Shown: positions 8,139 through 19,634 of the stretch, one piece after another
How the letters are laid out: every line of letters starts with the position of its first letter
Numbering within the stretch: position 1 is the stretch's first letter
IMG/VR virus record: IMGVR_UViG_3300025120_000399
Location: 1 to 28,324 of that record
Strand: one strand, 5' to 3'
From: a virus
Lineage: Duplodnaviria; Caudoviricetes
DNA: 28,324 bases
Position numbers and translations under genes: made by a program
Notes under the pieces: model-generated
Told to the model about the DNA's origin: nothing
Database searches by the model: none
What the model saw: the letters and a program-made list of their open reading frames with translations, nothing else

Positions 8139-11100
8139 TTATTTTTTAACTATCGTAACACTAAACCCATACGATTCAGAGAAACCTGTTCTTTTATTAT
8201 ATATTAGCTTTAAATCAAAAGGATTTGTATTTAAAGTTTTTGATGCTACATTATTATTAACAGTTAAACCACTAGTAATTTTTTCTGTATCAGTTAATTC
8301 AGCCGTTGTATAGTTAGGTGGGCTTTTACTTCTACTTGCTAAACTATAAAATTCAACCTTATCTATCTTATAAAGCTTTAAAATATTTTCTCTTATATAC
8401 TGTTCTACATCATCATCTAAAGTTTCTAAATCACCCCACCCATATAAAGGATTAATATATTTTTGAAACTGCTCTTTAATTGGTATGAACAGATATTCTA
8501 TTAATCTTTTTTCATTTAATAAGAAAAATGTTTCTATTGGTGATGAAGGCATTTTCTTAATAGCTTTAGTTTGTCTTACTCCTTCTGATTTAATAATTCT
8601 TTTATTAATTGTTACTGAAGGTTGGTCAAGATACATAAAAGTTCCATCTATTAAACTAGGTTGTTTTATTGCACCTTTAACAAAAGGGCTAGGTTTAAAT
8701 GTTTCTAATTTTATTGTTTCTGGAACTTTAAGATATTTAGATCCAAAAAATGATTTACGTTCAAACATTGACCTAGTTCCTATAATATTTTGTATTTGGG
8801 ACTTATCAATACTTTTTATAAAATATGATGGCTCCCAGTTAGATGAAAATATATAAAAATCCTTATAATCAATACCTATTTCATTAATAAGAGGGTATAA
8901 GCTTGAAAACGCGCTATCACTAGATAACTCTAAGATTGTTGAAGGATCTTCTTCATTTACTTTATGATAAAAGAAATTTTGAATTTGTCCAAATTTTAAA
9001 TCCGAGCTATTAAATTGCGCATTTTTATATTTACATAACTCCATTACTTTTATTTTATATGCAGAATCTGGAATAAGAACACTACCCGTTCCACCTGTGA
9101 CATCACCAAAATCTAAATTTTGATAAGGGTCTCTAAATGAAAGTAGTGGTAATGCATAAGGTTCATAATATCCTGCATGTCTAGCAATAGGCGTTATTCT
9201 AGGTGATTTTTGTAATGATAAGTCATATCCTACAACATCAGTTAAATTAAATGCAGTCGGTTTTACAGGATCAGGTAATATACCTACATATATAGATTTT
9301 AATATATCTGACTGTGCCCTTAATTCAATACCAAAGGTTTGCGCTAATGTACCATCAGTATTTCTAACCTGAGTACCGTCTTCTGCAATAGTTTCATATA
9401 TAATAGAAGGATCACCTTCATTAACTGCATCAAAAATTTCACCAAAAGAAATATTACTTAATGTGTTAGTAAATTGTTGATACCCACCATTTGCAATAGA
9501 ATAAGTAGCACCTTGTAATGCAGCACTACCTGGTGATGAAGAAGGGACTGCTATAGGAAAGGTATTTTGGGTAAAGCTAGCTGCCCTAAATGTGTTTGAA
9601 TCTAAAACATCTACAATTCCACTAATTTCATATACATTACCGCTAATCACAAATTTAATAGCTCCGTATGTACCATTTTCTTGTATTCTTATATCATTTA
9701 CAAAGTTTGTAGGAATTCCATTTACATCAGGCTGTCCTTTTATTATATAAATTCCGTTAGAATCAATGACAGATTGGTTAAGTGAAAGAGCACCGCTTAT
9801 AGATGTAGTCTCATATACATAAACACCGCCCCCATATGTGGGTGAACAATCTAAGTTAGTTTTAAAGTTACTGTTTAATGAATATAGGCTTGTCCTATCT
9901 ATAACTTGTCCACCACCATTAAGACATTCTACATTATAATTAATGGACACTAGCATTACTATAGTTTTCCATTTTTCATTCTTTATAAACTTAACTTCTA
10001 AGTCAGGCTTGTCTATTAAATTAGGAACTAATATTACAGAAAATCTATAATCATTAATTGAACCATCTTGTACATATGATAATGAAGATGCATTAAAATT
10101 AGGTTTTTCAGATCCTATAGCTTTAGGTTTTGCAATAATCCTAACCCCTCTTAAGAATGTTTCAGAAAAATTATTTTCATTTCCACCATTAAACCTACCA
10201 TACCTAAGCTGCCTATCAATTTCATTTATACCACCAGTTGTAAATTTTTGAATAATAAAATAATCATTAAAATAATTAGTATTTACATTTTGAAAAGTAC
10301 CTGGTACATAAACTTGGCTCGTAATTGGATTAGCTTCAATATTATCTGTTGGTGCAGTATCAACATAACTCCATGAACTTTTAATTGCCTCACTGTCGGT
10401 TGCAAAATACTGTGGAAATTCAGATAAGTAATACCACTCATGTGTAAATCCGCTGGCCTCTTGGACCTTATCCCATTTAGAAGATGCAAAATTATTAAGA
10501 CCAAAGGCTTCATTAACATCTAATCTATATGGGTGATTTCTTACATCTTTACCATTATTAACCCAAGCCCATTTATTTATGTAAGGCGCAATTCTAGAAA
10601 TGGCAGCCTGTGAAGTTATAAAATTTTCCTCTAATCTGATGTATTCACTCTTTATATACTCATCATTAGGATTTTGATCTTCAGCATCACCTAGTAAACC
10701 TATAAGATTATAAAATCCACCATTATCATAAAAATTTCTAATATTAGGATTTTTACTTACACCACTATAATCATTAAACGGTGGTGTAGTACTATAAGGC
10801 TGAACTGCATTTGGTCGTAATTTATTATATTCAGCAAACTCATAAGTTAATTCACCTTCTTGGCTATACATATTACTATAAAAATCAAAATCAAAATCTT
10901 TAACTTCAAAAAATGAAAATCTACCAAATGAGGGTTTATAGTCAGAATATAAAGCAACTTGATTAGATCTAGTAATCATTATTTGATTATCATTGCATGT
11001 AATTATTGCATACTTATCAATATCAGTATATCCAATTATTTGATCTAAACCATCATAAATAGGTTCATCGGTGTATGGGACCCAATTACCAATCTTAGCA

Positions 11101-12860
11101 TACCCTCCTGTTGTCTGTACAAAATTACCTTTCTCAAATCTATCTTGATCTCCTAGTGTAACTTTTAATAAACTATTTTTTGTATCATTACCTCCAACGA
11201 AGTTTTTTAGTGGATCTGTAATTGATGTTACTGGGTACGTTTGTAATTGAATAAATTGTTCTGAAAATGCAATATCCATTTCAAATGCTAACCTATTAAA
11301 TCTAGTACCACTAAATCTAGACTTTACATAAACAGTTGTATTATTATAAGATGCAACAAAGAATCTATCATTTTCATTTATTCCTTTATTAATAGCGGAT
11401 GTTATAGATTGTGCAACCTCTTGTAAAGATCCGTTAGGATTAAAGAAACTTTCAAATGATTTTCCTGGTATAGGTGCCATTGTACTATCTGCAAATATTG
11501 CACCTGTAAAATTAACACCATCATAAAAAGATATTTTAGAACCTTCTTCAACATTATCTAATACTTTAATATACATCTGAGCAACACCTGCTCTTTTTAT
11601 AATGCTTGCGTTAGCAAATGTATCAGGATCTTTATAACCAGTAAATAAAGATATATCTACTTTGGTATCAAATAATCTTATTTGATCCTTACCCCAAGTT
11701 GATCCTTTTTTAATTGTATGAAAATCATCTTCTTTATCTTTAACATAAAAAATAGATTCTACTTCATCTACGCGAGTAGGTGTAGGTAATCCTGTAATAG
11801 TTTCAGTTTTTGCTGGATCTAAATATAATAATATACCATTTTTATTTGTTAACTCTAACGGTGTATTTAAAAACTGGGAGACTTCAGATATACTTGTTAT
11901 TGTAGGTTGTTGTGTTTTTTCTGCTGATGTTCCTTTATAAAATGCTTCTCCTGATATATCAAACTGCCCTTCTTTAATATCATTAACATACATTCCAAAA
12001 TATCTGTTAATTGAATAATCATCGGCAGTAGGATCATCAAACAAAAATTCCATATTTAATAAATTAGCTAAAAGTATACCATTATTTTGGAAGCCTTGTG
12101 TAAAAAGGTATTCATCTTGTATAATTGTAGAGTCTTTAGTTACCATATCATTATATGCAAAATTACCAGAACTAGTAAATCCTCCACTCTTATAAGATAT
12201 TCCATTCCAAAGAATAGGTTCATCTTTTCTCCATGTCATATTAAGTGGAACTTCTGGAAAGCTTTCTTGATTTCTATAATTTCTAATATAAGATCCTAAT
12301 GTAGTACCTTCGGTTAAATCAAATGTCTTAATAGCTGTACAATTTTCTAAAACATTTTTATTAAAATCTACTGAAGTTTGCGCGCTTGCAGTGTTTTCAT
12401 TCTGTGTAGGCGCCCTAAAGTTATTAACAGCTGCTGGATTATCTAATCTAAAAATTACAAAATAGTTTGGGATCTGTTCATTTAACCATAAGGGCGCAAG
12501 AGTTCCTAAACTTTGTGAATAGCTAGTAGATGCTACAGATCTAGTACCTGCACAGTAAAACATTTCATACTGATTACCATACTTAGATAAAACTGAAGTA
12601 TCTTCATATTCTTGAAATATTTCATATGCAGCTTCAATAGGAAATTTTCCAAAATCAAAAAATCTAAAAACATCCTGATCATAGGTACTATTACCATCTA
12701 CTTTAAATGCTTTAAATTTTTGAGAAGATAATCTTGTGTTGGCACTAAATGATTCTAAGTAAATATCTGTACCATCAGATACAACCTTTACATTAGCAGT
12801 TAATTTAGGATTAGTTCTAATTAAACTATATGATGCTTTATCGAATAAGTTTTCAGCCAT
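8139..12860 (-). CDS. Large virion structural protein (baseplate/tail associated, family not recognised)
   Basis: 1573-aa uninterrupted ORF between structural genes, preceded by AATATATA. Confidence 0.65.
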   Translation of the reverse strand: MAENLFDKASYSLIRTNPKLTANVKVVSDGTDIYLESFSANTRLSSQKFKAFKVDGNSTYDQDVFRFFDFGKFPIEAAYEIFQEYEDTSVLSKYGNQYEMFYCAGTRSVASTSYSQSLGTLAPLWLNEQIPNYFVIFRLDNPAAVNNFRAPTQNENTASAQTSVDFNKNVLENCTAIKTFDLTEGTTLGSYIRNYRNQESFPEVPLNMTWRKDEPILWNGISYKSGGFTSSGNFAYNDMVTKDSTIIQDEYLFTQGFQNNGILLANLLNMEFLFDDPTADDYSINRYFGMYVNDIKEGQFDISGEAFYKGTSAEKTQQPTITSISEVSQFLNTPLELTNKNGILLYLDPAKTETITGLPTPTRVDEVESIFYVKDKEDDFHTIKKGSTWGKDQIRLFDTKVDISLFTGYKDPDTFANASIIKRAGVAQMYIKVLDNVEEGSKISFYDGVNFTGAIFADSTMAPIPGKSFESFFNPNGSLQEVAQSITSAINKGINENDRFFVASYNNTTVYVKSRFSGTRFNRLAFEMDIAFSEQFIQLQTYPVTSITDPLKNFVGGNDTKNSLLKVTLGDQDRFEKGNFVQTTGGYAKIGNWVPYTDEPIYDGLDQIIGYTDIDKYAIITCNDNQIMITRSNQVALYSDYKPSFGRFSFFEVKDFDFDFYSNMYSQEGELTYEFAEYNKLRPNAVQPYSTTPPFNDYSGVSKNPNIRNFYDNGGFYNLIGLLGDAEDQNPNDEYIKSEYIRLEENFITSQAAISRIAPYINKWAWVNNGKDVRNHPYRLDVNEAFGLNNFASSKWDKVQEASGFTHEWYYLSEFPQYFATDSEAIKSSWSYVDTAPTDNIEANPITSQVYVPGTFQNVNTNYFNDYFIIQKFTTGGINEIDRQLRYGRFNGGNENNFSETFLRGVRIIAKPKAIGSEKPNFNASSLSYVQDGSINDYRFSVILVPNLIDKPDLEVKFIKNEKWKTIVMLVSINYNVECLNGGGQVIDRTSLYSLNSNFKTNLDCSPTYGGGVYVYETTSISGALSLNQSVIDSNGIYIIKGQPDVNGIPTNFVNDIRIQENGTYGAIKFVISGNVYEISGIVDVLDSNTFRAASFTQNTFPIAVPSSSPGSAALQGATYSIANGGYQQFTNTLSNISFGEIFDAVNEGDPSIIYETIAEDGTQVRNTDGTLAQTFGIELRAQSDILKSIYVGILPDPVKPTAFNLTDVVGYDLSLQKSPRITPIARHAGYYEPYALPLLSFRDPYQNLDFGDVTGGTGSVLIPDSAYKIKVMELCKYKNAQFNSSDLKFGQIQNFFYHKVNEEDPSTILELSSDSAFSSLYPLINEIGIDYKDFYIFSSNWEPSYFIKSIDKSQIQNIIGTRSMFERKSFFGSKYLKVPETIKLETFKPSPFVKGAIKQPSLIDGTFMYLDQPSVTINKRIIKSEGVRQTKAIKKMPSSPIETFFLLNEKRLIEYLFIPIKEQFQKYINPLYGWGDLETLDDDVEQYIRENILKLYKIDKVEFYSLASRSKSPPNYTTAELTDTEKITSGLTVNNNVASKTLNTNPFDLKLIYNKRTGFSESYGFSVTIVKK

Positions 12861-12877
12861 TTATCTTTCACTTTTTT

Positions 12878-12885
12878 TATATATT
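12878..12885 (-). promoter_or_regulatory. Putative late promoter AATATATA
   Basis: 17 nt upstream of the ATG at 12860, in an intergenic gap. Confidence 0.6.
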
Positions 12886-12905
12886 CACTAAAAGACATGG
12901 TTAAA

Positions 12906-15900
12906 TTATAAGTTAGCTGCCCCAATAAAAGTTTGACCGCCACTACGTCCACTACCTCCGCCACGGGATACCGTAGTTTGGCTTAGTGAAGGTCTTAGTC
13001 CTGCAACAACTTTCTCTAAATTATTTAATCCTTTAGTTACTGTTGCTTTAGGGAATACATCTAAGGTCAATCTGTCAGATCTATATTTTGCAGAAACTTC
13101 AATATCAAATTGTATAACATCTGAATTATTAGGTAGTAAATCAAATCCTATTCTTTTTGAATAAGTAAGATTAACAGTAGATCCAGTTGAATCTCCACTA
13201 ACATTACCTAAACCGCTACCTGATACTGTACCAAAATAATCAGTCATTCTATATTGAAATACTAATGGAATACTAACTGCATTTTGTTGTCCAAATTGTA
13301 TAATTTCTCTAGATTGTATAGAATCTCCATCTACTTGAATATTTAAATGATTATCAGAAGAAACAAACAGATAAGATCCACAACTTTGTTTTCCTAGTGT
13401 ATATTGATCAAAACCTTCAAATGAAGTTTTAGCATTTCTACTATAACCACCGGTAATATAACCTGCTGATGTAGTGTCCCACAGATTAGCTAATGCTGTA
13501 CTGCTTAATGAAGGGCTGGCTTGCAATGATTGTCCACTATCAAATGGAACTACTAATTGTGATACACCACCTGACCCTGTTGCTAAATTATATAAATCAG
13601 TAACATTTTCATTTAAATATATTCCTTGTTGTTTTCCGTATGATTGATCAATTTTTAAAGGGGCAAATTTTGATTGCCTAAATAAAACAGCTCCTGTGCC
13701 ATTACCAGAGCTCGTACAGTCTAGACCAGTTGTAGGTGCAGCCGGAATTGTTGCTGGTAAAGTATTGCTATCACCAGTCAAAGATATATAAGCATTTCTA
13801 TATGCCGTATAATTTATTAAATAAGGGTGGGCAATTGAAACCTGTACCACATCATCACCTGAAGGATAGCTTGCTAATGTTGTTGGTAAACCTGACGGCA
13901 AAAATCCACCGCCCCAAACAAATTGAGTAGTGGGTGAAGCTGTACCAGAATTACCTGCTGCATTATAAAAGTTTTCTATAGTATCTAAATTAAATGTATA
14001 ATCTTGTGAAGGATTAACATAACTATAAAAATCACCTTCAGCCGATACATCAGAATATCTACTATAAATAAATTGATTTTTATTCTGTGTAGATTGAAAA
14101 GGAGGTAATGAAACAGTTTGCCCATATTGAGTACTTGCAGTAACATCTGGATTAGTTAGGATAATAGGAGTTAAGTCGTATTTTCTAATTGTATTATAAT
14201 CCGTATCATCAGCCCTAAAGGTTGCTCTGTCATTAGACTGATTGGCTTGACTATTATCTAGCCATGAATAAGTTGCTGGTAAAATAGTAGACCCGTTTAT
14301 AAGAGTACCTACACCTGGCGCACCAGTAGCACTATAATCAGCAGGGTTTTCAGATTGTTTTACCATTCTACTCCTACTACCAGTAATCCTAGCCAATAAT
14401 TGTAAAGCAGTTTGTGATTCATTTGCAATATTAATAAAATAAGTTTTAGAAACAACTGCTCCTCTTGGATCATCTAAGCTTTTAACTTCCTGTCCGTAAA
14501 ATCCTGCAAATATTTTAGTTGTAGCATTTCTTCGTAAGTTAAACGTATTACCAGTATCATCAACTAATGTTGTTTTTAATTCACCTTGTGCAGAGCTTAA
14601 TATTTCAGAAAATAAGTCTAATTGATTTTGCATTTCTGTTAATTTTGAAAAAAGATCAATAGGTGTTTGATTCTCTGATAAAAACCCTGATGCAATTACT
14701 GGTGATGAATGGGCAAAGTAAGTTTCATTGGCAGTAAAAGAACTACTTAAATGAGTAGGTAATCCAATAGATTCTAAATTTTCATTTAATGCTACTAATG
14801 ATAAATCTTCTTGGTTTTGTGCAAGTATTGATTCTATTGCGCTATCAGAGCTTAAATCAGCAGGAAATTCTACTCTTACTGCTGTGCTATATTCGCTTTC
14901 CAATGGATTAGATGGCCAACCTGCCTCAGATATGGATTTTACTTCTATTTCAACTTGCTCGCCTTTTCTAATAGGAATATCTAATTGATTAATATTTACT
15001 GAATCGGCATTATCATCATCTATTGGTGTCCACTCATATAATCCTGTTATAGAATTTTTTGTCCTAGGTCTTAATACACTATCTACTATTACATAATTAG
15101 AAAATGCACCTTGGCTCGTACCGCTCCCATCAGTATATGTAAATTGATTAACAGGATTAGCAGCGCCATCTGCCGAAAGATATCTATAACGATATTTAAA
15201 TTTTATAATATCCTGTACACCTGTTGCAGGAGTTGATTTTTCTTCAGGCATTGACCAAAACCCTCTTACTCTATATTTAGGTGTTATACTACTTACTGAA
15301 TTATCTGAAGCAAAAGAATTAATTTCAGTTACAACAGATGCATATAATTTTGCCTGTGAAGCCCTTTCAGTAATTAACCCTTGCAATGCATTCTTATCTG
15401 CATCTCGCTCTACTTCAGTCGTATAATTAGTTGTTTGTATCTTAGTTCTGCTTTGTGCAATTGCTACATCTAATTCTGATAGAGTAGACTGAATAGTATT
15501 TTTTTGATTGTTTAAATCTTTAAGCTGGACAATAGCATCTGAATTACTTACTTGCCCATTAATTAATGATACAGTAAAATCATCTGGTGATAATACTGGT
15601 GCATTAGGCGTAACACCTTCTCTACTTGTTGGCATTTTATCCTGTGCAAATGACAATAAGTATCTTCCAAAATCAACTGCATTTTGTTGATAATAATCAG
15701 CTAAAGTTTGGGCTTCTCCGGCAGAATTAATAGTTGTTAAATTATTTGTATAAAAACCACTACCTGGTGACCAATTAACTGCAGGTATTTTAGAATCTGG
15801 ATCTATAGGTTTAATAAATGATACGCATCTTTCATTAAATCCTACAGTAACATCAACCTCTAACGTATCACTTAATGAAGATCCTATTTTTAAAACATCA

Positions 15901-16808
15901 GCCCCAATACTTATAGTTCTTTGGCCTTCTTGTAATCTTACTGTAACTGAATTAGTACTAGAATCAATTTGAGTCACAGTATATCTTGTATCAATAGGTG
16001 TAGATATTACTTCTAAACTATCACCTATCTTTAATTGAACAGTATCTGTAAAATCTGCTTCGGAATCAGTATAAAATATTTTATTAAGTTTGTATAGCTT
16101 TTGAACAGTTGTTTGCTCTACACCATTAACAGTTTCAGTAACACTTTCCTCACCTATTCTTAATACACTAAAATTACCTGAGAATCTTTTATCTCTTGGT
16201 GGTAAATCAACTACAGCTTCATCTAATACATAAGAAATATTTTTCTCTACTATTTCCTGCAAAAATGTATTGTAATCTATGTTAGCATTTCCATTATATT
16301 GATTTTCAAAATAATTAATTTTACTTTGGCTATTGGTATCTAAAATATATCTTTGAACGATAGCTCGCTCAGTATCAATTGGAGCCTGGCCTGTAATATC
16401 AAACGCTACATATAATAAAGGATTAATTAATTCCTCAAAAAACCAATTAGGTTTGACATCAAACTGATTAATTGAATTTAATGAAGTTAAGTCTTGCGCT
16501 TCTGTTGGTAATTTTGCTAAAACTAATTTTCTAAATGTACCATCAGCTAATCTTATTGAACTATTACCATCATTAAAATTAGTAATTGTATTAATATTAG
16601 TGTTTAACCTATCAACAGAATTTTTAAGATATCCGAAACTAGGAATAGTAATTCTAGAATTAGTTCCATCATTATTCTGTATATTAACAGTTACTGAATC
16701 ACGGCTTGATGTAATTGCTTGATTAACTTTTTCAAAGCCCTCCAATGAATTATTAAAAAGTCTAAGTAACTCTGGTAGCAAAGTTTGTATTGAATTATTT
16801 TCAGCCAT
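12906..16808 (-). CDS. Large virion structural protein with coiled coil and FN3-like domain
   Basis: 1300 aa; heptads LKDLNNQKNTIQSTLSELDVAIAQ; FN3-like strands YRVRGFWSMP...KFKYRYRY...QVEIEVKSISEAG. Confidence 0.65.
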   Translation of the reverse strand: MAENNSIQTLLPELLRLFNNSLEGFEKVNQAITSSRDSVTVNIQNNDGTNSRITIPSFGYLKNSVDRLNTNINTITNFNDGNSSIRLADGTFRKLVLAKLPTEAQDLTSLNSINQFDVKPNWFFEELINPLLYVAFDITGQAPIDTERAIVQRYILDTNSQSKINYFENQYNGNANIDYNTFLQEIVEKNISYVLDEAVVDLPPRDKRFSGNFSVLRIGEESVTETVNGVEQTTVQKLYKLNKIFYTDSEADFTDTVQLKIGDSLEVISTPIDTRYTVTQIDSSTNSVTVRLQEGQRTISIGADVLKIGSSLSDTLEVDVTVGFNERCVSFIKPIDPDSKIPAVNWSPGSGFYTNNLTTINSAGEAQTLADYYQQNAVDFGRYLLSFAQDKMPTSREGVTPNAPVLSPDDFTVSLINGQVSNSDAIVQLKDLNNQKNTIQSTLSELDVAIAQSRTKIQTTNYTTEVERDADKNALQGLITERASQAKLYASVVTEINSFASDNSVSSITPKYRVRGFWSMPEEKSTPATGVQDIIKFKYRYRYLSADGAANPVNQFTYTDGSGTSQGAFSNYVIVDSVLRPRTKNSITGLYEWTPIDDDNADSVNINQLDIPIRKGEQVEIEVKSISEAGWPSNPLESEYSTAVRVEFPADLSSDSAIESILAQNQEDLSLVALNENLESIGLPTHLSSSFTANETYFAHSSPVIASGFLSENQTPIDLFSKLTEMQNQLDLFSEILSSAQGELKTTLVDDTGNTFNLRRNATTKIFAGFYGQEVKSLDDPRGAVVSKTYFINIANESQTALQLLARITGSRSRMVKQSENPADYSATGAPGVGTLINGSTILPATYSWLDNSQANQSNDRATFRADDTDYNTIRKYDLTPIILTNPDVTASTQYGQTVSLPPFQSTQNKNQFIYSRYSDVSAEGDFYSYVNPSQDYTFNLDTIENFYNAAGNSGTASPTTQFVWGGGFLPSGLPTTLASYPSGDDVVQVSIAHPYLINYTAYRNAYISLTGDSNTLPATIPAAPTTGLDCTSSGNGTGAVLFRQSKFAPLKIDQSYGKQQGIYLNENVTDLYNLATGSGGVSQLVVPFDSGQSLQASPSLSSTALANLWDTTSAGYITGGYSRNAKTSFEGFDQYTLGKQSCGSYLFVSSDNHLNIQVDGDSIQSREIIQFGQQNAVSIPLVFQYRMTDYFGTVSGSGLGNVSGDSTGSTVNLTYSKRIGFDLLPNNSDVIQFDIEVSAKYRSDRLTLDVFPKATVTKGLNNLEKVVAGLRPSLSQTTVSRGGGSGRSGGQTFIGAANL

Positions 16809-16830
16809 TATCTATTTTTACTTTTTATAT

Positions 16831-18945
16831 TTATTTGATACAATCATATACGAATGTTAACACTCCTCTTTCTGTACAAATTAAATCAATAATAGGTAAA
16901 GAGCTTATCTGTGAATTTGGTATCGTTGCTGCCAATTTACCAAAAGTACCATTATTTAGTCTGCTCGGTGCATCAGTGTATATTTTTATATCTCTTGATC
17001 CTAATAAAGGAACATTATTAAATGTTAATCTAATAGTTTGTCCTGTTCTCCATTGAACTGCAGTATCATCAATGTAAATAGAAAGATCACCATTTGCTTG
17101 ATTAATAGTATCTAATCTTAGCATATTAGTATATGTTCCTAGTGTTGTAAATACCTCTGGGTTAACAACATTGAGATTCAGTGGAGCTGATGCTGTAATT
17201 TGAACATCGCTAATATCAAAAGGAACCATGAAGTTATATGCCTGGACATTATTTGATATTTGAATTTGATTAGGCGTGTTAGTATTTACCGTTATACCTT
17301 CACCTTGTCTAACTACCTCAGTATTATATTGTAATGTTTGTGAAACATTTCCATTAGCTAATGCCTGGATTTCATCAGAATTTTTAGCAATTAAATCTAA
17401 CAAAGTAGTACTGCTTGCAAATGCTAGTGATGCATTATCAACTTGTATTTGTAAATTATTAATTTGAGATTGTAAAAAAGCAGATGTACTAACAGAATTT
17501 AATGTATTTTCAACTGCATTTAATCTAGTCTGTATATCAGTTAACTCTACTTGCTGTGTTTGAAAAATTTGTGCCGATGCTTGAAGCTGAGCAGATGCAT
17601 CTGAGAATAACCCCATTGAAAATGTATTGTAATCATTTACAATTGTATCAATACCTGCACTACCAGGAGAAGCATCAAATCTTAAATTTATTTTAAATCC
17701 ATAACTATTACCATTTTGGCCAGTTACTAAATTAGGTTTATATTTTGGGTATCTTTGGATATATCCACCATCTGTAGTAGGTGTCACATTATCTAATAAT
17801 AAAATACCGTATAAATTAGTTTTTGTCTTAGATGAATCACTTAAGTCTACCATATCATAGTAAACAGCTACTGCATTAAATTCAAACGATTCAGCTAAAT
17901 CAGTTCCATTAAATTGTGGTATCGTACTTATGGTAGCATCTTGTACAATTTGCTGATAATCATTAGGATTAAAATCTACACTAATTCCATCTAATTCACT
18001 TCTTACATATGCCGAACCTGAAAACCCTGATGGGTTATTGTAATCAGCTGGATATTTTCTAATATTTGCATTAAGAACACTAGTAAATGTACTTGGTTCT
18101 GTAAAATATGAATCAACTGTATTAGGTGGAGTTGCCTCATCCATCCAGTTGGCGTCTGGATCTGTATAGCCTGCAGGTCCTGCACCTTGTAAAGGTTGAT
18201 CATAATCATACCATGCTAAAATATCTAAACCTTGTGGGTGAACAGTTGCAGTGTTTCTTCCCATTATATACTCACTTGTACCCTGTATTTTTAATGAAGG
18301 TTGATAATTCGTATCGGATATAGAATCAAAGAGGATTGTAGGTGTTCTACCTACTTCTGTTGGTACATTAATATATAATTCAGTATATGCTTCTCCGGCT
18401 TTATCTACATTATTTACAATATCAATTTCACCAATATATCTAACTACTCTTCTATATTGTCGTGTACCTGCAGTAACTTCATCTTCCTCTACAAATCTTG
18501 GTGTTGTTATACCACTCGCTTTCTCTAAAACCGTAGCTTCTCTAAATCTCATAGCCCCAGTCTCCTTAAGCCATTTAAAGAATACTCTTTCAGTAACAGT
18601 TAGGTTTGTTGTGTTATCATATGTTGAATCACTAATAATAAGTTCTTCTAAATTCAGCGCGTAATTTTGAAGACTTTCAGTAAAATTAACATTAGGATCA
18701 CCTTTTAAACCACCACTCCATATAGCACCATCTATTGTGTCAAACTGCATGTAGTTTTGGTATTGACTAAATGTAGTTGGATCTAATCTATCCATGTCAG
18801 GAAGATTAAGAAGCACAAACTTAGAAAAGACTAATTTGAGCTCGTCATTATTGAGAGTTCTAGATAAGTCTTTGGCAGAGGAGGAGAACGTATAAAACGA
18901 TCCGCCGTCTGCTTGTGGAGTTCTGATTAAGGGCGTTGTTGCCAT
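16831..18945 (-). CDS. Virion structural protein with central coiled coil
   Basis: 704 aa; coiled coil ELTDIQTRLNAVENTL...INNLQIQVD followed by a beta-rich C-terminal domain; baseplate context. Confidence 0.65.
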   Translation of the reverse strand: MATTPLIRTPQADGGSFYTFSSSAKDLSRTLNNDELKLVFSKFVLLNLPDMDRLDPTTFSQYQNYMQFDTIDGAIWSGGLKGDPNVNFTESLQNYALNLEELIISDSTYDNTTNLTVTERVFFKWLKETGAMRFREATVLEKASGITTPRFVEEDEVTAGTRQYRRVVRYIGEIDIVNNVDKAGEAYTELYINVPTEVGRTPTILFDSISDTNYQPSLKIQGTSEYIMGRNTATVHPQGLDILAWYDYDQPLQGAGPAGYTDPDANWMDEATPPNTVDSYFTEPSTFTSVLNANIRKYPADYNNPSGFSGSAYVRSELDGISVDFNPNDYQQIVQDATISTIPQFNGTDLAESFEFNAVAVYYDMVDLSDSSKTKTNLYGILLLDNVTPTTDGGYIQRYPKYKPNLVTGQNGNSYGFKINLRFDASPGSAGIDTIVNDYNTFSMGLFSDASAQLQASAQIFQTQQVELTDIQTRLNAVENTLNSVSTSAFLQSQINNLQIQVDNASLAFASSTTLLDLIAKNSDEIQALANGNVSQTLQYNTEVVRQGEGITVNTNTPNQIQISNNVQAYNFMVPFDISDVQITASAPLNLNVVNPEVFTTLGTYTNMLRLDTINQANGDLSIYIDDTAVQWRTGQTIRLTFNNVPLLGSRDIKIYTDAPSRLNNGTFGKLAATIPNSQISSLPIIDLICTERGVLTFVYDCIK

Positions 18946-18968
18946 GTATAGTTTTTTTCTTTAGTTAT

Positions 18969-19619
18969 TTATGATACTACATATCCTGTTCCACCAACAA
19001 TAAACCAAACTGGTATGCCTGATCCATTATCAATCGCTAAAAGATGTACACTTTCACCTACTGTATCTAAAGTAATAGTATCTGCTGTACCTGTGGTTAC
19101 TATATAATTATTACCGGTAGGTGAAGCGATATTAACTGTACCACTACCTTCAGTGCAAATAAAGAATATTTCTTGTCCTATTGCACCTTGAAAAAGCTCT
19201 AAAGATAAAGGATTTGTAATATCTGTATTTCCACACCTATTTAATGTAAACGGTGGTATTGCTGTACTAGTACCAACACTAATCACCATACCTGCACCTG
19301 CTGTGGTATCATTAAGAGAGGTTGGATTAGTATCATTTCTGAATACGCCGCCACCTGTCATATTTAAATTACCTGTCATTTTAACATTTGTTAAAATATC
19401 AAAAGTACTTGCATTAATATCAAGTAAGATAGTGCTTAATCCTACTCTTAATGCTTCTGATGAAAGATTATTTAAATTAGTAATAGTACCTGCAGCTGGG
19501 GCAAAATATACCTCCATTGCATTAATTTCACTAGCAAGAACATTAAAGTTATCATTAATAACTAACCTCGATCCAGATAATGAATCGGTTCCTAAAATTT
19601 CTGTTACGCTGATTGCCAT
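18969..19619 (-). CDS. Short fibre-like virion protein
   Basis: 216 aa; N-terminus ISVTEILGTDSLSGSRLVINDNF resembles that of the 871-aa fibre; C-terminal ITLDTVGESVHLL...WFIVG beta domain. Confidence 0.6.
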   Translation of the reverse strand: MAISVTEILGTDSLSGSRLVINDNFNVLASEINAMEVYFAPAAGTITNLNNLSSEALRVGLSTILLDINASTFDILTNVKMTGNLNMTGGGVFRNDTNPTSLNDTTAGAGMVISVGTSTAIPPFTLNRCGNTDITNPLSLELFQGAIGQEIFFICTEGSGTVNIASPTGNNYIVTTGTADTITLDTVGESVHLLAIDNGSGIPVWFIVGGTGYVVS

Positions 19620-19634
19620 TTTATTTTATTTGTT

